Source: Patescibacteria group bacterium
GTDB lineage: Bacteria > Omnitrophota > Gorgyraeia > Gygaellales > Profunditerraquicolaceae
DNA length: 64,000 nucleotides
Direction of reading: 5' to 3'
Assembly: GCA_035506195.1 (NCBI GenBank)
Contig: DATJPV010000028.1
Span: 8,711 to 72,710 of the forward strand
How positions within the stretch are numbered: position 1 is the first letter of the stretch; every line of letters starts with the position of its first letter. The notes under the pieces are model-generated. The model saw only the letters and a list, made by a program, of their open reading frames with translations, did no database searches and had not been told where the DNA came from. Below are positions 45,939 to 59,715 of this stretch, piece after piece. The position numbers were made by a program, and so were the translations under genes.

Positions 45939-46076
45939 TTCAGGGGATATCCAGAGTTTGGTTTTTGCAAAACTACTGCAAAATTAACCAGTTAGTTTGT
46001 TTTCAACAGAAATGATAGATATTACTACGAATACTATTTAAGTATTTAATACATATTAATAATAAAGGAGCTGGGT
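45939..46076. promoter_or_regulatory. AT-rich dnaA-dnaN intergenic region (possible DNA-unwinding element / second part of oriC)
   Basis: 138 bp, strongly AT-rich 3' half (tatttaagtatttaatacatattaataataaagg) just before the dnaN RBS. Confidence 0.35.
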
Positions 46077-47168
46077 ATGAAGTTCAAAATTGAAAAAGAT
46101 GTTTTGCTCAATGGGATACAAACCGTACAAAACATTATTACCCCTCGTGCGGTCTTACCTATATTGTCAAATATCCTTATTGAGGTTAAAACAGACAGTT
46201 TGCGCCTAGTTGCTACGGATTTGGATATTGGTATAACCTGTGTAATACCTGTGAACACTCAAGAGGTGGGGGGTATCACAATCCCCGCAAAAAGATTTTA
46301 CGATATTATCCGAGAGCTACCCAGCGACACAGTGTTAATAAACACTAAAAAAAACAACTTGGTGGTAATTGAAACCGATATGTGCCAATTTAAAATTATG
46401 GGGTTGGCAAGCGAAGAGTTTCCTAAGCTACCTGAATTTAAAGATAAGGAAGCGATCCGCTTGGATCAGGTTACCCTGAAAGAGATGTTGGGGCTTACCT
46501 CATTTGCGGTATCTTTTGACGAGAGCCGGTATATTTTAAACGGCATCCTTTTTAAAATCAACAAAAACACCCTTACACTTGTTGCAACGGATGGTAAGCG
46601 GCTGGCAATCATAGAGAAAAAACTCAAACACGAAGTAGAAAAAGACGTGCATATTATTGTGCCCATCAAGACCATCCATGAATTAAACCGCAACCTGAAA
46701 GACGAGGGGGAGGTATCTTTGGTGTTGGGGCAAAACCAAGCATTATTTGATATGGGGAACACGCAGGTTGTTTCGCGGCTGATCGAGGGGGAATTCCCCG
46801 ACTACAAACAGGTCATACCGCAATCATCCCCCAATAAGCTGGGTATCGCCAGGGAAGAATTTTTGTTGGCAGTTAAAAGGGCAGCACTTTTGTCTACGCC
46901 CGATTATCAGGCGGTTAAATTGGAGTTATTCAAGGACAAGCTTGTGATTTCCAAGTCTACGCCCGATATCGGCGAATCCCGAGAGGAGGTCGCGGTTGAA
47001 TACCGCGGCAAGGAAATGGTAATCGGTTTTAACCCGGCCTACCTTGCAGATGTATTGAAAAACATCCAGACAGAGAAAGTGGAGTTTGAGTTAACGGATA
47101 GTGAAAAGCCGGGCGTTATCCGTATTAATGGATATACCTATATCGTACTGCCGATGCGCCTCGGTTGA
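46077..47168 (+). CDS. dnaN: DNA polymerase III beta subunit (sliding clamp)
   Basis: MKFKIEKDVLLNGIQTVQNII..R..LPILSNILIE consensus N-terminus, three-domain length. Confidence 0.9.
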   Translation: MKFKIEKDVLLNGIQTVQNIITPRAVLPILSNILIEVKTDSLRLVATDLDIGITCVIPVNTQEVGGITIPAKRFYDIIRELPSDTVLINTKKNNLVVIETDMCQFKIMGLASEEFPKLPEFKDKEAIRLDQVTLKEMLGLTSFAVSFDESRYILNGILFKINKNTLTLVATDGKRLAIIEKKLKHEVEKDVHIIVPIKTIHELNRNLKDEGEVSLVLGQNQALFDMGNTQVVSRLIEGEFPDYKQVIPQSSPNKLGIAREEFLLAVKRAALLSTPDYQAVKLELFKDKLVISKSTPDIGESREEVAVEYRGKEMVIGFNPAYLADVLKNIQTEKVEFELTDSEKPGVIRINGYTYIVLPMRLG

Positions 47169-47245
47169 TGAAAAATCATTTGAGTTTTGGGAAAATTAGT
47201 GTTATATTCAACGACCAATAAGCCGGTCTTTATCGGGATGCCGCG

Positions 47246-49998
<2,753 letters not shown>

Positions 49999-50000
49999 CG

Positions 50001-52433
50001 ATGTATACCCTTAATGAAAAAATAGTCCCGGTTGATATTGAGCAGGAAGTCAAGGACGCCTACTTAAATTACGCAATGAGCGTTATCGTAGGGAGGGCGC
50101 TGCCGGACGTACGAGACGGTCTTAAACCGGTGCACCGCAGGATCCTCTATGCGATGCAGGATTTGAACCTCGACCACTCCAAGCCTTACAAGAAAGCCGC
50201 GCGCATCGTGGGCGAGTGTCTGGGTAAATATCACCCTCACGGAGACCTGGCGGTTTATGATGCCCTGATCAGAATGGCGCAGGATTTCTCTTTGCGGTAT
50301 ACCCTGGTTGAAGGGCAGGGCAACGTCGGCAGCATAGACGGAGATGCGCCGGCTGCCATGCGGTATGTGGAGGCGCGCCTGGCGGCTATTTCCGATGAAA
50401 TGCTCAAGGATATAGAGAAAAATACCGTCAATTTCATGCCAAACTTCGATTCCTCGCTGACCGAGCCTACGGTCTTGCCGGCGCTGTTGCCTAATCTTCT
50501 GGTAAACGGCTCTTCCGGTATCGCAGTGGGCATGGCAACGAACATGCCGCCGCATAATCTGGTCGAAGTCGTCGACGGGATTACCTATCTGCTTGATAAT
50601 CCGCAGGCCGAAGTAAAAGACCTGATGCGCTATGTCAAGGGACCCGATTTTCCCACCGGCGGCTTGATTTGCGGCCGGGAGGGCATCAAGGAGGCCTACA
50701 CGACCGGCAAGGGGAAATTGACCCTGAGGGCGCGCGCCTCGATTGAAAGGCAGAAGCAAGGCAAGGACTCCATCATTATCACCGAGATACCCTACCAGGC
50801 TAATAAGGCCTCCATCATCGAGTCTATTGCCGCCCTGGTTGAAGATAAAAAGATCGAGGGGATTGCGGATATCCGGGACGAATCCGACAAGGAAGGCCTG
50901 CGCGTGGTCATAGATTTACGCCGGGACTGCGAGCCGCAGATCGTGCTTAATCAGCTCTTCAAGCATACGCAACTGGAAGTCACCTTCGGCGTTATTAACC
51001 TGGCCCTGGTCGACGGCAGGCCGCGGATACTGGATTTAAAACAGCTGATGCACCAATACGTCCTGCATCGTAAAGAAATCATCCGCCGACGTACTATTTT
51101 CGATTTGGAGAAAGCCAAGCAGCGGGCGCATATCCTGGAAGGATTGAAGATCGCCATCAAGTTTCTGGACCGGGTCATTAAGATCATCCGGACCAGCAAG
51201 AACGTCGCCACGGCCAAAGAAGCGCTCATGGATACCTTCGATCTGACCGATATCCAGGCACAGGCGATCCTAGAGATGCAGCTACAGCGGCTGACCGCGC
51301 TGGAAAGAGACAAGCTTGAGGCAGAATATTTAGAGTTAATCAAGAAGATCCAGCTGTATGAATCGATTCTGGCTTCGGAAAAAAAGATTGAGGGGATCAT
51401 TAAGGAAGAACTCGAAGAGCTTAAGAAGAAATACGGCGACCAGCGCCTTACCGATATCGTGGCCGAAGCAGAAGAGATCGAAATAGAAGACCTTATTGCC
51501 GAAGAGGACGTCGTCATCACGATCAGCCACTCCGGCTACATCAAGCGGCTTCCCGTCAGCGGATACCGCAAGCAGAAACGCGGAGGCAAGGGCGTTACGG
51601 GGGCCGAGGTCAAGGAAGAGGATTTTGTAGAGCACTTGTTTGTCGCCTCGACCAAAGATTATCTACTGATTTTTACCGATAAGGGCCGGGTGCACTGGTT
51701 AAAGGTCTATGAGATCCCGCAGGGAAGTCGTATTGCCAAAGGCAGAGCAGTCATCAATCTTTTGCAACTCGGCTCCGATGAAAAACTCAGCGCCACAATC
51801 CCGGTCAAGGAATTTTCCGAAGATAAATCCCTGGTTATCGTAACCAAGCTCGGGTTGATCAAGAAGACCCGGCTCAATGAATACGCCAATCCCCGCAAGG
51901 GGGGCATTATCGGCATTACCCTGGAAGAAGGCGATGAGTTGATCGGGGTTAAGCTTACCGACGGCAAACAGGAATTATTGCTTGCCACTCGTCAAGGCAA
52001 GGCCATACGCTTTCCTGAATCTCAGGTGCGGGATATGGGCAGGGCCGCTAAAGGCGTCAAGGGCATATCTTTGGCTAAAAAGGACGAAGTTATCGCCATG
52101 GAGGTCCCCCACAAAGAAGCGACAGTGTTGACCGTCAGCGAGCTTGGCTTTGCCAAGCGCACCCCGGTTGAGCAGTATCGTAAACAGAGCCGTGGCGGCA
52201 AGGGGATCATTAACGTCAAGGTGGCCTCCAAAAACGGCCAGGCGGTAGCCTTAAAAATGGTTTCGGATCAAGACGAATTGATGGTTATTACCCAGAACGG
52301 GATGTTCTTGCGGTGCCCGGTTAAGGATATCCGCAGCAGCGGTCGTTCTTCGCAGGGCGTGCGGTTAATAAAATTGGCAGATAAAGACAGGGTTTCTTCG
52401 GTTGCGCACGTCATCGCTGACGAAGAGGAATGA
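50001..52433 (+). CDS. gyrA: DNA gyrase subunit A
   Basis: N-terminal [28 protein letters not shown] with the catalytic Tyr region, GyrA-box beta-pinwheel C-terminal domain. Confidence 0.95.
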   Translation: MYTLNEKIVPVDIEQEVKDAYLNYAMSVIVGRALPDVRDGLKPVHRRILYAMQDLNLDHSKPYKKAARIVGECLGKYHPHGDLAVYDALIRMAQDFSLRYTLVEGQGNVGSIDGDAPAAMRYVEARLAAISDEMLKDIEKNTVNFMPNFDSSLTEPTVLPALLPNLLVNGSSGIAVGMATNMPPHNLVEVVDGITYLLDNPQAEVKDLMRYVKGPDFPTGGLICGREGIKEAYTTGKGKLTLRARASIERQKQGKDSIIITEIPYQANKASIIESIAALVEDKKIEGIADIRDESDKEGLRVVIDLRRDCEPQIVLNQLFKHTQLEVTFGVINLALVDGRPRILDLKQLMHQYVLHRKEIIRRRTIFDLEKAKQRAHILEGLKIAIKFLDRVIKIIRTSKNVATAKEALMDTFDLTDIQAQAILEMQLQRLTALERDKLEAEYLELIKKIQLYESILASEKKIEGIIKEELEELKKKYGDQRLTDIVAEAEEIEIEDLIAEEDVVITISHSGYIKRLPVSGYRKQKRGGKGVTGAEVKEEDFVEHLFVASTKDYLLIFTDKGRVHWLKVYEIPQGSRIAKGRAVINLLQLGSDEKLSATIPVKEFSEDKSLVIVTKLGLIKKTRLNEYANPRKGGIIGITLEEGDELIGVKLTDGKQELLLATRQGKAIRFPESQVRDMGRAAKGVKGISLAKKDEVIAMEVPHKEATVLTVSELGFAKRTPVEQYRKQSRGGKGIINVKVASKNGQAVALKMVSDQDELMVITQNGMFLRCPVKDIRSSGRSSQGVRLIKLADKDRVSSVAHVIADEEE

Positions 52434-52438
52434 TAAGG

Positions 52439-52513
52439 GTCCCCATCGTCTAGCCTGGTCTAGGACAAGAGCTTTTCAAGCTCTCGACCGGGGTTCAAAT
52501 CCCCGTGGGGACA
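52439..52513 (+). tRNA. tRNA-Glu (anticodon TTC)
   Basis: GTCCCCATCGTCTAGCCTGGTCTAGGACA-AGAGC-TTTTCAA-GCTCT-...GGGGTTCAAATCCCCGTGGGGACA closely parallels E. coli tRNA-Glu. Confidence 0.85.
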
Positions 52514-52522
52514 TTTAATCTT

Positions 52523-54358
52523 ATGTGCGGAATAGTCGGATACATCGGTTCACGGCCTGCCCAAGATATATTATTAAACGGCCTTAAACGCCTGGAGTAT
52601 CGCGGCTACGACTCAAGCGGGATGTGCCTGTTCCTGGATAAGAAGCAGGCGCTTTCCCTGCGCAAGCTCCCCGGTAAAATCAAGGACCTCGAAACATTAT
52701 TGCGCAAGAAGCCCCTTTCGGGAACTCAGGGGATTGCGCATACGCGCTGGGCTACGCACGGCGCGCCCAATCAAGCCAATGCCCATCCCCATCTTGATTG
52801 TAATGGCGAAATAGCCATTGTCCACAACGGGATTATCGAGAACTACCTGCAGCTAAAAACCCAACTGATTAGGCAGGGGCACGTCTTTAAAAGCCTCACC
52901 GACACCGAAGTCATCGTGCACCTCATCGAGGGCTTCCTGGCGCACCACAGTCTCGAAGAGGCGGTACGCAGGGCGGTCCTGAAACTGGAAGGCTCTTTTG
53001 CCCTTGCCGTCATCTCCCGGAAAGACCCCGACAAGCTTATCGGCGTGCGTTCCGGCAGTCCCCTCATCGTAGGCGTAGGCAATCAGGAAAATTTTCTGGC
53101 CTCTGATGTACCGGCGATTCTGGAATCGACCAAAGAAGTGGTTTTCTTGGAAGAAGGAGAGATGGCAGTCCTCAGGCGCGACGGCTACGCTATCAGCGAT
53201 GTTGAGGGCAGGGCAATTTCGCGCAAGCCCGTCAGGATCGGCTGGGATATTGCCCAGGCCCAGAAGCAGGGATACCGGCATTTCATGCTCAAGGAAATCA
53301 ACGAGCAGCCTGGGATCCTGGAGAATCTCCTGAAGATGCGCCTGGGAGCAGGTGGATGCATTTCGTTTGAAGAGCAAAAAATACCCGAGAGCGTTTTTAA
53401 AGATATAGAAAACATTACCATTGTTGCCTGCGGTACTGCGTATCATGCAGGCCTGGTCGGAAAATACGCCATAGAGTCGTTGTGCGCCATTCCGGTCAAT
53501 GTCGACGTCTCCAGCGAATTCCGCTATCGCAGCCTTCTGTTGGATGATAAAACGCTCGTCTTGGCCATCAGCCAGTCGGGCGAAACCGCAGATACCTTGG
53601 CTGGGATAAGGGAGGCGAAACAACATGGCGCAAAAGTGCTTTCCATCTGCAATGTCCTCGGCTCAACCTTAACCCGCGAATCAGACGGGATCATTTATAC
53701 CCATGCCGGCCCCGAAATCGGGGTAGCCTCTACCAAGGCCTATACCGCGCAGGTGCTCACTCTTTATCTGCTGGCGCTTTATCTGGCGAGAGCACGAAAT
53801 GCCTTGCCCGCGGAAAAGATTCACGCCTACCTAAAAGAGCTCAAAAGAATTCCGCATCAGCAGACAAAGATCTTGGCAAGGCAGAATAGCATCGCCAGCC
53901 TTGCCAGGCGCCATTCGCATTTTGGCTCATTTCTATACCTGGGGCGCAACGTCAATTTCCCTTCGGCCTTGGAGGGCGCCCTGAAACTGAAGGAAATATC
54001 CTATATCCCCGCCGAAGGGTATGCTGCGGGAGAGATGAAGCACGGCCCGATCGCCCTGATCGATGAATACCGTGCGGTGGTCTGCCTTGCGCCCGCCTCG
54101 CAGGTATACGAAAAAATGATCTCGAACCTCCAAGAGATCCGCGCCCGCCAGGGCAGGCTTATTGTCATCGCCACTGCCGGAGACGCAAAGATCAAGGCAC
54201 AGGCCCGAGAGGTGGTGTATGTGCCCGCATGCCACGAGCTTTTTTCGCCCCTATTGGTAGCATTGCCCCTGCAGCTTTTGGCGTATCATATCGCGGTCAA
54301 GCGCGGCTGCGATGTCGATCAACCACGCAACTTAGCCAAGTCCGTGACGGTAGAGTAA
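52523..54358 (+). CDS. glmS: Glutamine--fructose-6-phosphate aminotransferase (isomerizing)
   Basis: MCGIVGYIG N-terminal nucleophile Cys, two SIS domains, C-terminal ...DVDQPRNLAKSVTVE. Confidence 0.9.
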   Translation: MCGIVGYIGSRPAQDILLNGLKRLEYRGYDSSGMCLFLDKKQALSLRKLPGKIKDLETLLRKKPLSGTQGIAHTRWATHGAPNQANAHPHLDCNGEIAIVHNGIIENYLQLKTQLIRQGHVFKSLTDTEVIVHLIEGFLAHHSLEEAVRRAVLKLEGSFALAVISRKDPDKLIGVRSGSPLIVGVGNQENFLASDVPAILESTKEVVFLEEGEMAVLRRDGYAISDVEGRAISRKPVRIGWDIAQAQKQGYRHFMLKEINEQPGILENLLKMRLGAGGCISFEEQKIPESVFKDIENITIVACGTAYHAGLVGKYAIESLCAIPVNVDVSSEFRYRSLLLDDKTLVLAISQSGETADTLAGIREAKQHGAKVLSICNVLGSTLTRESDGIIYTHAGPEIGVASTKAYTAQVLTLYLLALYLARARNALPAEKIHAYLKELKRIPHQQTKILARQNSIASLARRHSHFGSFLYLGRNVNFPSALEGALKLKEISYIPAEGYAAGEMKHGPIALIDEYRAVVCLAPASQVYEKMISNLQEIRARQGRLIVIATAGDAKIKAQAREVVYVPACHELFSPLLVALPLQLLAYHIAVKRGCDVDQPRNLAKSVTVE

Positions 54359-55011
54359 TGCTCTATATCGTTGCCACGCCCATCGGCAATCTTAAAGATA
54401 TCACCTTTCGCGCCGTCGAGATCTTAAAGTCCGTAGACCTTATTGCCTGCGAAGACACCCGGCATACCAAGATCCTGCTTGATCACTATGGCATCAAGAC
54501 GCCGACCACCAGTTTTTTTCAGCACAACCGCATTACCAAGGGCGCCTACCTGCTTGAACTGCTCGCCCGCGGCAAATCCGTAGCTTTAGTTTCAGACGCC
54601 GGGACTCCCGGGATACTCGATCCCGGCTATAGCATTATTAACGCCGCTATAAAACGCCACATTCCGGTCACGGTCATTCCCGGCCCCACCGCTCTTATCG
54701 CTGCCCTGGTACTTTCCGGAAAGCCTGCCCACCAGTTTGTTTTCGAAGGCTTTTTACCGAATCGGCGCATTGCCCGCAGGAATCGGCTGGTCAGTCTTAA
54801 CCAATTGCGCTGCACAGTGGTCTGTTATGAATCTTGCCACCGCATCCTGGATGCCCTTCGGGATATCCAAGAGGTCTTCGGCGACCGAGAAATCGTCGTG
54901 GCCAGAGAGTTGACCAAGAAGTTCGAAGAGGTCAGGCGGGGCGCGGCCGCAGACATCCTGGCGCAACTTACGTCCCAGAAAGCCCGCGGCGAATTCGTCA
55001 TTATCTTCTAG
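54358..55011 (+). CDS. rsmI: 16S rRNA (cytidine1402-2'-O)-methyltransferase RsmI
   Basis: MLYIVATPIGNL.DIT.RA...L..VD.IACEDTRHT tetrapyrrole-methylase-fold signature; start overlaps the glmS stop (TAATG). Confidence 0.85.
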   Translation: MLYIVATPIGNLKDITFRAVEILKSVDLIACEDTRHTKILLDHYGIKTPTTSFFQHNRITKGAYLLELLARGKSVALVSDAGTPGILDPGYSIINAAIKRHIPVTVIPGPTALIAALVLSGKPAHQFVFEGFLPNRRIARRNRLVSLNQLRCTVVCYESCHRILDALRDIQEVFGDREIVVARELTKKFEEVRRGAAADILAQLTSQKARGEFVIIF

Positions 55012-55114
55012 CAAGAAACCGCTTTCTTAAATAGTCCCCCGGCTCTTGAAACATCCTTACCTATATTGCATACTTTAAGATAGATTAATACACTAACAAC
55101 CCATTATCGCAAAA

Positions 55115-58100
55115 ATGTCACGGAAGATTTATAGATTTTTATCTTTTCTATTATGCCTTTCCTTGATCTTTCAGCAATCCGGCTTTGCGCAAATAGCCGG
55201 CCAGCTCAACGCCTCTGCCTGCCTGCTTAACCTAAGCAACATTATTGTTGCCGACAAATTCCGCCCCCTGCATTTAAGGGCCCTTTCCTACGACAGCGCG
55301 CATAATAACTTCCGGCTTCTTCTGGATAAAGGGGACGTCAAGGAGCTTAAGGATGACCTCGTGAAGGATTCCACGCAGAAGCTCATGGAATACTTTTTTG
55401 TCGGCATTACCTTGCCTAACGAAGCATTTTGGGTCAACTTGCGGCCGGATTCCGAAAACGACATTATCGATGACGAGCTGGCAAAGACCGACCTGGGTAA
55501 AGTTTTGCTTGAAGCAGACCTGCAGCTTAAAAAGGATACGGCGCGGCTGACCTCTCCCGAGAATCCTCAGGGCAAGTTGTATTGGGATAAGCTTTATCAG
55601 AAGGCCGAAGAACTGCTGGGCCAGTCGGATACGAATATACCCGCTTTAGTCAGGCCGTGGATCGTACCCGGAGAAGTTATTATCCGCGAAAGCCAGAGCA
55701 GCGCCTATGTGTACAAAGCCACGCTTAAGGTTATGCTCGAAGAAGATTATCTCCAAGGTACAGCCGCGTATGCTTTCGATGACCCCCGGCTGAAAGCCCT
55801 AAACGAGTATTCCTCTCAGCTGCTTCGAGAACTGATACTCCCGCAACTAACCCGGGAGATCAACGCCTCCAAAAAATATGCCGCACTAAGACAGGCCTAT
55901 TACTCTCTGATTCTGGCTCAGTGGTTTAAATCCCGCTTCCAGCTGGTTAACCAAAAGAATCTCAACCAGGGTCTTGTCTCCAAAGTCCCCTGGTCGAAGG
56001 CCGCTTACTTTAGAGCCTACCAGAAATCTTTTCAAGACGGAGAATACAAAATCCAGGATACCATTTACACCGCCAGCGGTCCGGGCATCCGAAGCTATAT
56101 CAGCGGAGGGATGAATTTAGCGCTACCCGCAAGCAGCGCAGTCTTTACTTTGCAAAACAATAGGCCGATTACGGCAAGTGCGACAACGCTGGCCGTTGGC
56201 TATGACGGATCAATAATGGTCTCTTTGGCCGGTAAACCAGCTCAATCGGTCAGTTCGTCCATCGACGATGCTCAAGCTTCGTTTCCGTTCATGCATGAGC
56301 CTGACACGGCGGTATATCGGGCTTTGCAGCAAGCCCAGGGCAGATTTACCCATACATACGCTAATGGAAAGACGCAGGATTTTGAATTGACTCTCAGGGA
56401 AGCCCCTGGCCGCTATAATACTCAAGTTGTATTGCGCCTGCCGGGTTCGCAAGAAGAGGCGGGTTATCTTGAGCTGACTACCTCCGAAGACAATGATACG
56501 ATAGAAGCGGGTTGGCTCTGGAGAAACAAAAATTACCAAGGCCCGTCGATTTCCGTGCCTCTTTTAAGCAGGCTCCGCGAGGCACTCCCGGTCGGCAAAG
56601 CTCTGCATACCACTATTGGGGAAACGATAAGCCTAAGAGAATTAATGACTGGGCAAGATCTACATCATAAGGATCAAGCAGGCTTACAAAAATCAAAAAT
56701 AGAATACCTTAAGGATACAAACATCGGAGAGAAAATTCAGGCTGCTGGCTGGCAGATAGACAGGGTTTTTTATACGGATGCCGAAATAGGCGAGGCACAC
56801 GCTGAACCGGTAAGAGAGGCCTTGACGCAAGATGTGCCTAGAGACCTTAGGCCAGGAGAGCAGGGCTTGCCGCAAGGCTGGCTGCATGTATGGCTTAAGC
56901 CGGTACAGGACAGGACAACGCAACCCATGGATTACGGCATTGATGATGACGGTTCGCAAGGGGCCTCTTCGTCATTAACCATGATAGAGCAGCATATTGA
57001 TGTCGATGCGATCGCCCGGCAATTAGGGATTTACAGGGACAATAGAGAAGCAATACTCAACGCGTTTAACGATGTTGCTCGCAGTGAACACGCGGTGCGC
57101 GGCTATGCCACCATTATTCATAACGAACAATTACTGGCTAGGGTTGTGGGAGGATTGAATCAATTCTCTTCACCGAAAATGAGCTCATATCTTTGGCATG
57201 TCTCATTGGTGCTCTCGGAACTTCGGGACGAAGGGCTGGCAGAATCCATAGTCGATGGCTTATTCCAGCACCCGGCATACCTGGTCGACCAAATGTTCGC
57301 TTCCGGGGCCAGCACGGGCTATGCCTTTTCTTTTTTCTCGGCATTTTTACAAAAGTTCCTCCCGGCCTTATACGACAGACATATCCCGGTAACTCCTGCT
57401 TTAGTGCAAAGCGTCTTTCGTTTAAGCGATATCGATGCGGTTGTGTATGCCAAAGCGTTTGAATACGAGCATCAATATCCCGGCGAGATCGACCAGATTA
57501 TTAAGGGCATCGTAGCAGCTTCAGATGTGGGCACCCTCCAGGTGCGCCAGGCCATCGCCGACCTTCTTTTTGTTATCGATGACAGCTTCTTCAAAACGAC
57601 CGTTGTCCACCCCGAGTATAATTATCAAGAAGATGAGCCGATAGGGATCTTCCGGGATAGAAAACTATTCGAGAGCCAATTTTTGGACACGCTACCGTTG
57701 CCCGTAGAAAGCCCGTCGACGCCGCGTCAACCCTTGGCCCAGATAACATCGATGCAAGAATTTCAGGATTTGTTTACGCCGGAACGCGGCCCCGGTTTTC
57801 GGGTCGAGGGGGAAAGGGTGATATTTTTAGGCGATCGTGCCGTAAGAAATTTTATAGCACGACATCAAGTTGATATCGTCCCCCCGGGAGAATACGCCGG
57901 CCTCGCCAGCCGGTGGACTACCGATAGCTTATTAGCGGCTGCGCAGGATTTCTATACGGGCGCAACAGCAGTATTGCTTTCAGAAAGCGGGAAGCTATGG
58001 TTTTTCAAAGAATGCAGCGACAATGCTACCGCACAAGAGGAGCAGAGAAAAAGTCCCTTTAATGGCACGGAAGGCTTCAAGGCTTTTGTGGTCGGCAGGT

Positions 58101-59665
58101 ATTACATAGCAACATTTGCGCTTGATTATCGGCCTCCTACCATCAAGCCAGAGCGGATGCGGCCGGCCCCCTACAATCGCATCGCGAAAACAGCACAAGA
58201 GGCAATAGATGCCGCTAGGCAACGCTCTCTGGGATCGGTAACAAATGATTTTGCCTCCGTCCATAACCTTGCCGACACGCAACTTTCTAATATGCTCGTG
58301 AAGTACACATGGAACGGCACTCTCATTGACGTAAAGGTGACGGATCAAATTGTGAGTGCCGAGATCAAGAAGAAATACGACCTAAGGCATTCGGGGCTTA
58401 GCTTTCCCGGCCAGGCGTCCTCGACAATAGAAGACTTTTTTCATCAAGGCGCGCTCGGCGTTGGCGCAGCTACGCAGGCCCCCAAGGTAGTATTTAGCCA
58501 ACAATTATCGGAAGACCAGGTAGGGCTCCTGAAAAACGGCGGCGAGGTTCGGCGTACGCCCGAAGGCGGCCTCGCGATCATCGAGACGACCCAAGAAGAG
58601 AGGGCGCGCCCCACCTATAAACCGTGGCCTATTTTTGGTACCCATTTCGACGAAATCGACACCATTTTTAAGGGGCTTTTCCAGGAGTCTTTGGTACAAA
58701 AGATAATCAACTTGGCTCAGTCGCATCCGGAAAATCCGGTATATATTCTAGACTGGGGCGCAGGCAACGGATTGGCCGCAATAGAACTAGCCGAAAAACT
58801 AAAGAATTATAATGTGCGGATAATCGCCTTCGGTAATACCTATGTGCCGGAGTTTATGCCCAACACAATACCTCCTAACGTATTATTCCTTATCGGCGAA
58901 GCAGGCGATTTAGTCCGGGATTTAAAGGGCATGCTTCCCGCAGGGACTAAGCTAGACGCAATCATTAGCTATGCCGGCATACACGGCTTGTTAACGGAAG
59001 CAGACCGGGGGCGGGGGTTCCTGACCCGCGTTGCGGAGTTGGACACCCTACTGTCGAGCAATGGATTTATGGCGCTTCAGGTTGCGTTTCCGCACCGCAT
59101 ACAACTGCTCAAGGAGCTTACCCCAGCGCTGGAGGCACAGACATCTTTACAATTGAAGCTTCGAGAAGACCAGGGGCCAGAAAAAACAAACAACTTCGTG
59201 TTGCTAGAGAAGAAAAACCAAGATCTCCGCGCGGGCAGCCCTTCGGCATCTTCGCCGACAGGTATTGTTCCGCAAACACAGGGAGAGGTTGGCGGTATTG
59301 ATTTTCGCAGCCTCCCCATACCCGCGCAATCGCCAACCTTCACTTTTACTCTTCGACAGCCGGTTCAGCTTATCCCCTCCGCTAAGCTCGGTGAATATTG
59401 GCAGGATATTCAAAAGTCCCTGCAGGACAATGCGATCCCTTCCAGTGACCGCATCCTAAACTACCTTCGGTCCTGTTGTGATAAAGAAGACGCAGCGCAG
59501 GAAATCGAAAAAATAGTAGCTTGCATTGCAGAGATCTTGCGCCTGGAAGAGGATCAGGTGGTCTACACCGACCCTGAAATGAAACAGATATTGGCCGTCC
59601 TTGAATCACAGATCTCGCTTCCTGAACTTCGTGCCGCCCTTTTCCGCCTGGACGCCACCCCCTAA
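55115..59665 (+). CDS. Giant (1516 aa) signal-peptide-bearing protein of unknown function with a C-terminal class I SAM-methyltransferase-like domain
   Basis: N-terminal MSRKIYRFLSFLLCLSLIFQQSGFAQ signal peptide. Around aa ~1205-1390 (nt ~58740-59290): motif I VYILDWGAGNGLAAIELA, then RIIAFG, LFLIGEAGD, LDAIISYAGIH, LLSSNGFMALQV (Rossmann MTase order). The remaining ~1200 aa have no recognisable domains, low repetitiveness, and look globular. Confidence 0.6.
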   Translation: MSRKIYRFLSFLLCLSLIFQQSGFAQIAGQLNASACLLNLSNIIVADKFRPLHLRALSYDSAHNNFRLLLDKGDVKELKDDLVKDSTQKLMEYFFVGITLPNEAFWVNLRPDSENDIIDDELAKTDLGKVLLEADLQLKKDTARLTSPENPQGKLYWDKLYQKAEELLGQSDTNIPALVRPWIVPGEVIIRESQSSAYVYKATLKVMLEEDYLQGTAAYAFDDPRLKALNEYSSQLLRELILPQLTREINASKKYAALRQAYYSLILAQWFKSRFQLVNQKNLNQGLVSKVPWSKAAYFRAYQKSFQDGEYKIQDTIYTASGPGIRSYISGGMNLALPASSAVFTLQNNRPITASATTLAVGYDGSIMVSLAGKPAQSVSSSIDDAQASFPFMHEPDTAVYRALQQAQGRFTHTYANGKTQDFELTLREAPGRYNTQVVLRLPGSQEEAGYLELTTSEDNDTIEAGWLWRNKNYQGPSISVPLLSRLREALPVGKALHTTIGETISLRELMTGQDLHHKDQAGLQKSKIEYLKDTNIGEKIQAAGWQIDRVFYTDAEIGEAHAEPVREALTQDVPRDLRPGEQGLPQGWLHVWLKPVQDRTTQPMDYGIDDDGSQGASSSLTMIEQHIDVDAIARQLGIYRDNREAILNAFNDVARSEHAVRGYATIIHNEQLLARVVGGLNQFSSPKMSSYLWHVSLVLSELRDEGLAESIVDGLFQHPAYLVDQMFASGASTGYAFSFFSAFLQKFLPALYDRHIPVTPALVQSVFRLSDIDAVVYAKAFEYEHQYPGEIDQIIKGIVAASDVGTLQVRQAIADLLFVIDDSFFKTTVVHPEYNYQEDEPIGIFRDRKLFESQFLDTLPLPVESPSTPRQPLAQITSMQEFQDLFTPERGPGFRVEGERVIFLGDRAVRNFIARHQVDIVPPGEYAGLASRWTTDSLLAAAQDFYTGATAVLLSESGKLWFFKECSDNATAQEEQRKSPFNGTEGFKAFVVGRYYIATFALDYRPPTIKPERMRPAPYNRIAKTAQEAIDAARQRSLGSVTNDFASVHNLADTQLSNMLVKYTWNGTLIDVKVTDQIVSAEIKKKYDLRHSGLSFPGQASSTIEDFFHQGALGVGAATQAPKVVFSQQLSEDQVGLLKNGGEVRRTPEGGLAIIETTQEERARPTYKPWPIFGTHFDEIDTIFKGLFQESLVQKIINLAQSHPENPVYILDWGAGNGLAAIELAEKLKNYNVRIIAFGNTYVPEFMPNTIPPNVLFLIGEAGDLVRDLKGMLPAGTKLDAIISYAGIHGLLTEADRGRGFLTRVAELDTLLSSNGFMALQVAFPHRIQLLKELTPALEAQTSLQLKLREDQGPEKTNNFVLLEKKNQDLRAGSPSASSPTGIVPQTQGEVGGIDFRSLPIPAQSPTFTFTLRQPVQLIPSAKLGEYWQDIQKSLQDNAIPSSDRILNYLRSCCDKEDAAQEIEKIVACIAEILRLEEDQVVYTDPEMKQILAVLESQISLPELRAALFRLDATP

Positions 59666-59715
59666 ACGCTGCAGTTGGTATTGACTTTGTGCCGTCCGTC
59701 CGTTATAATACCGTC

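Noticed and set aside
50951-51520. 189-aa Ser-rich minus-strand ORF
   Set aside because: Antisense to gyrA; low-complexity shadow frame.
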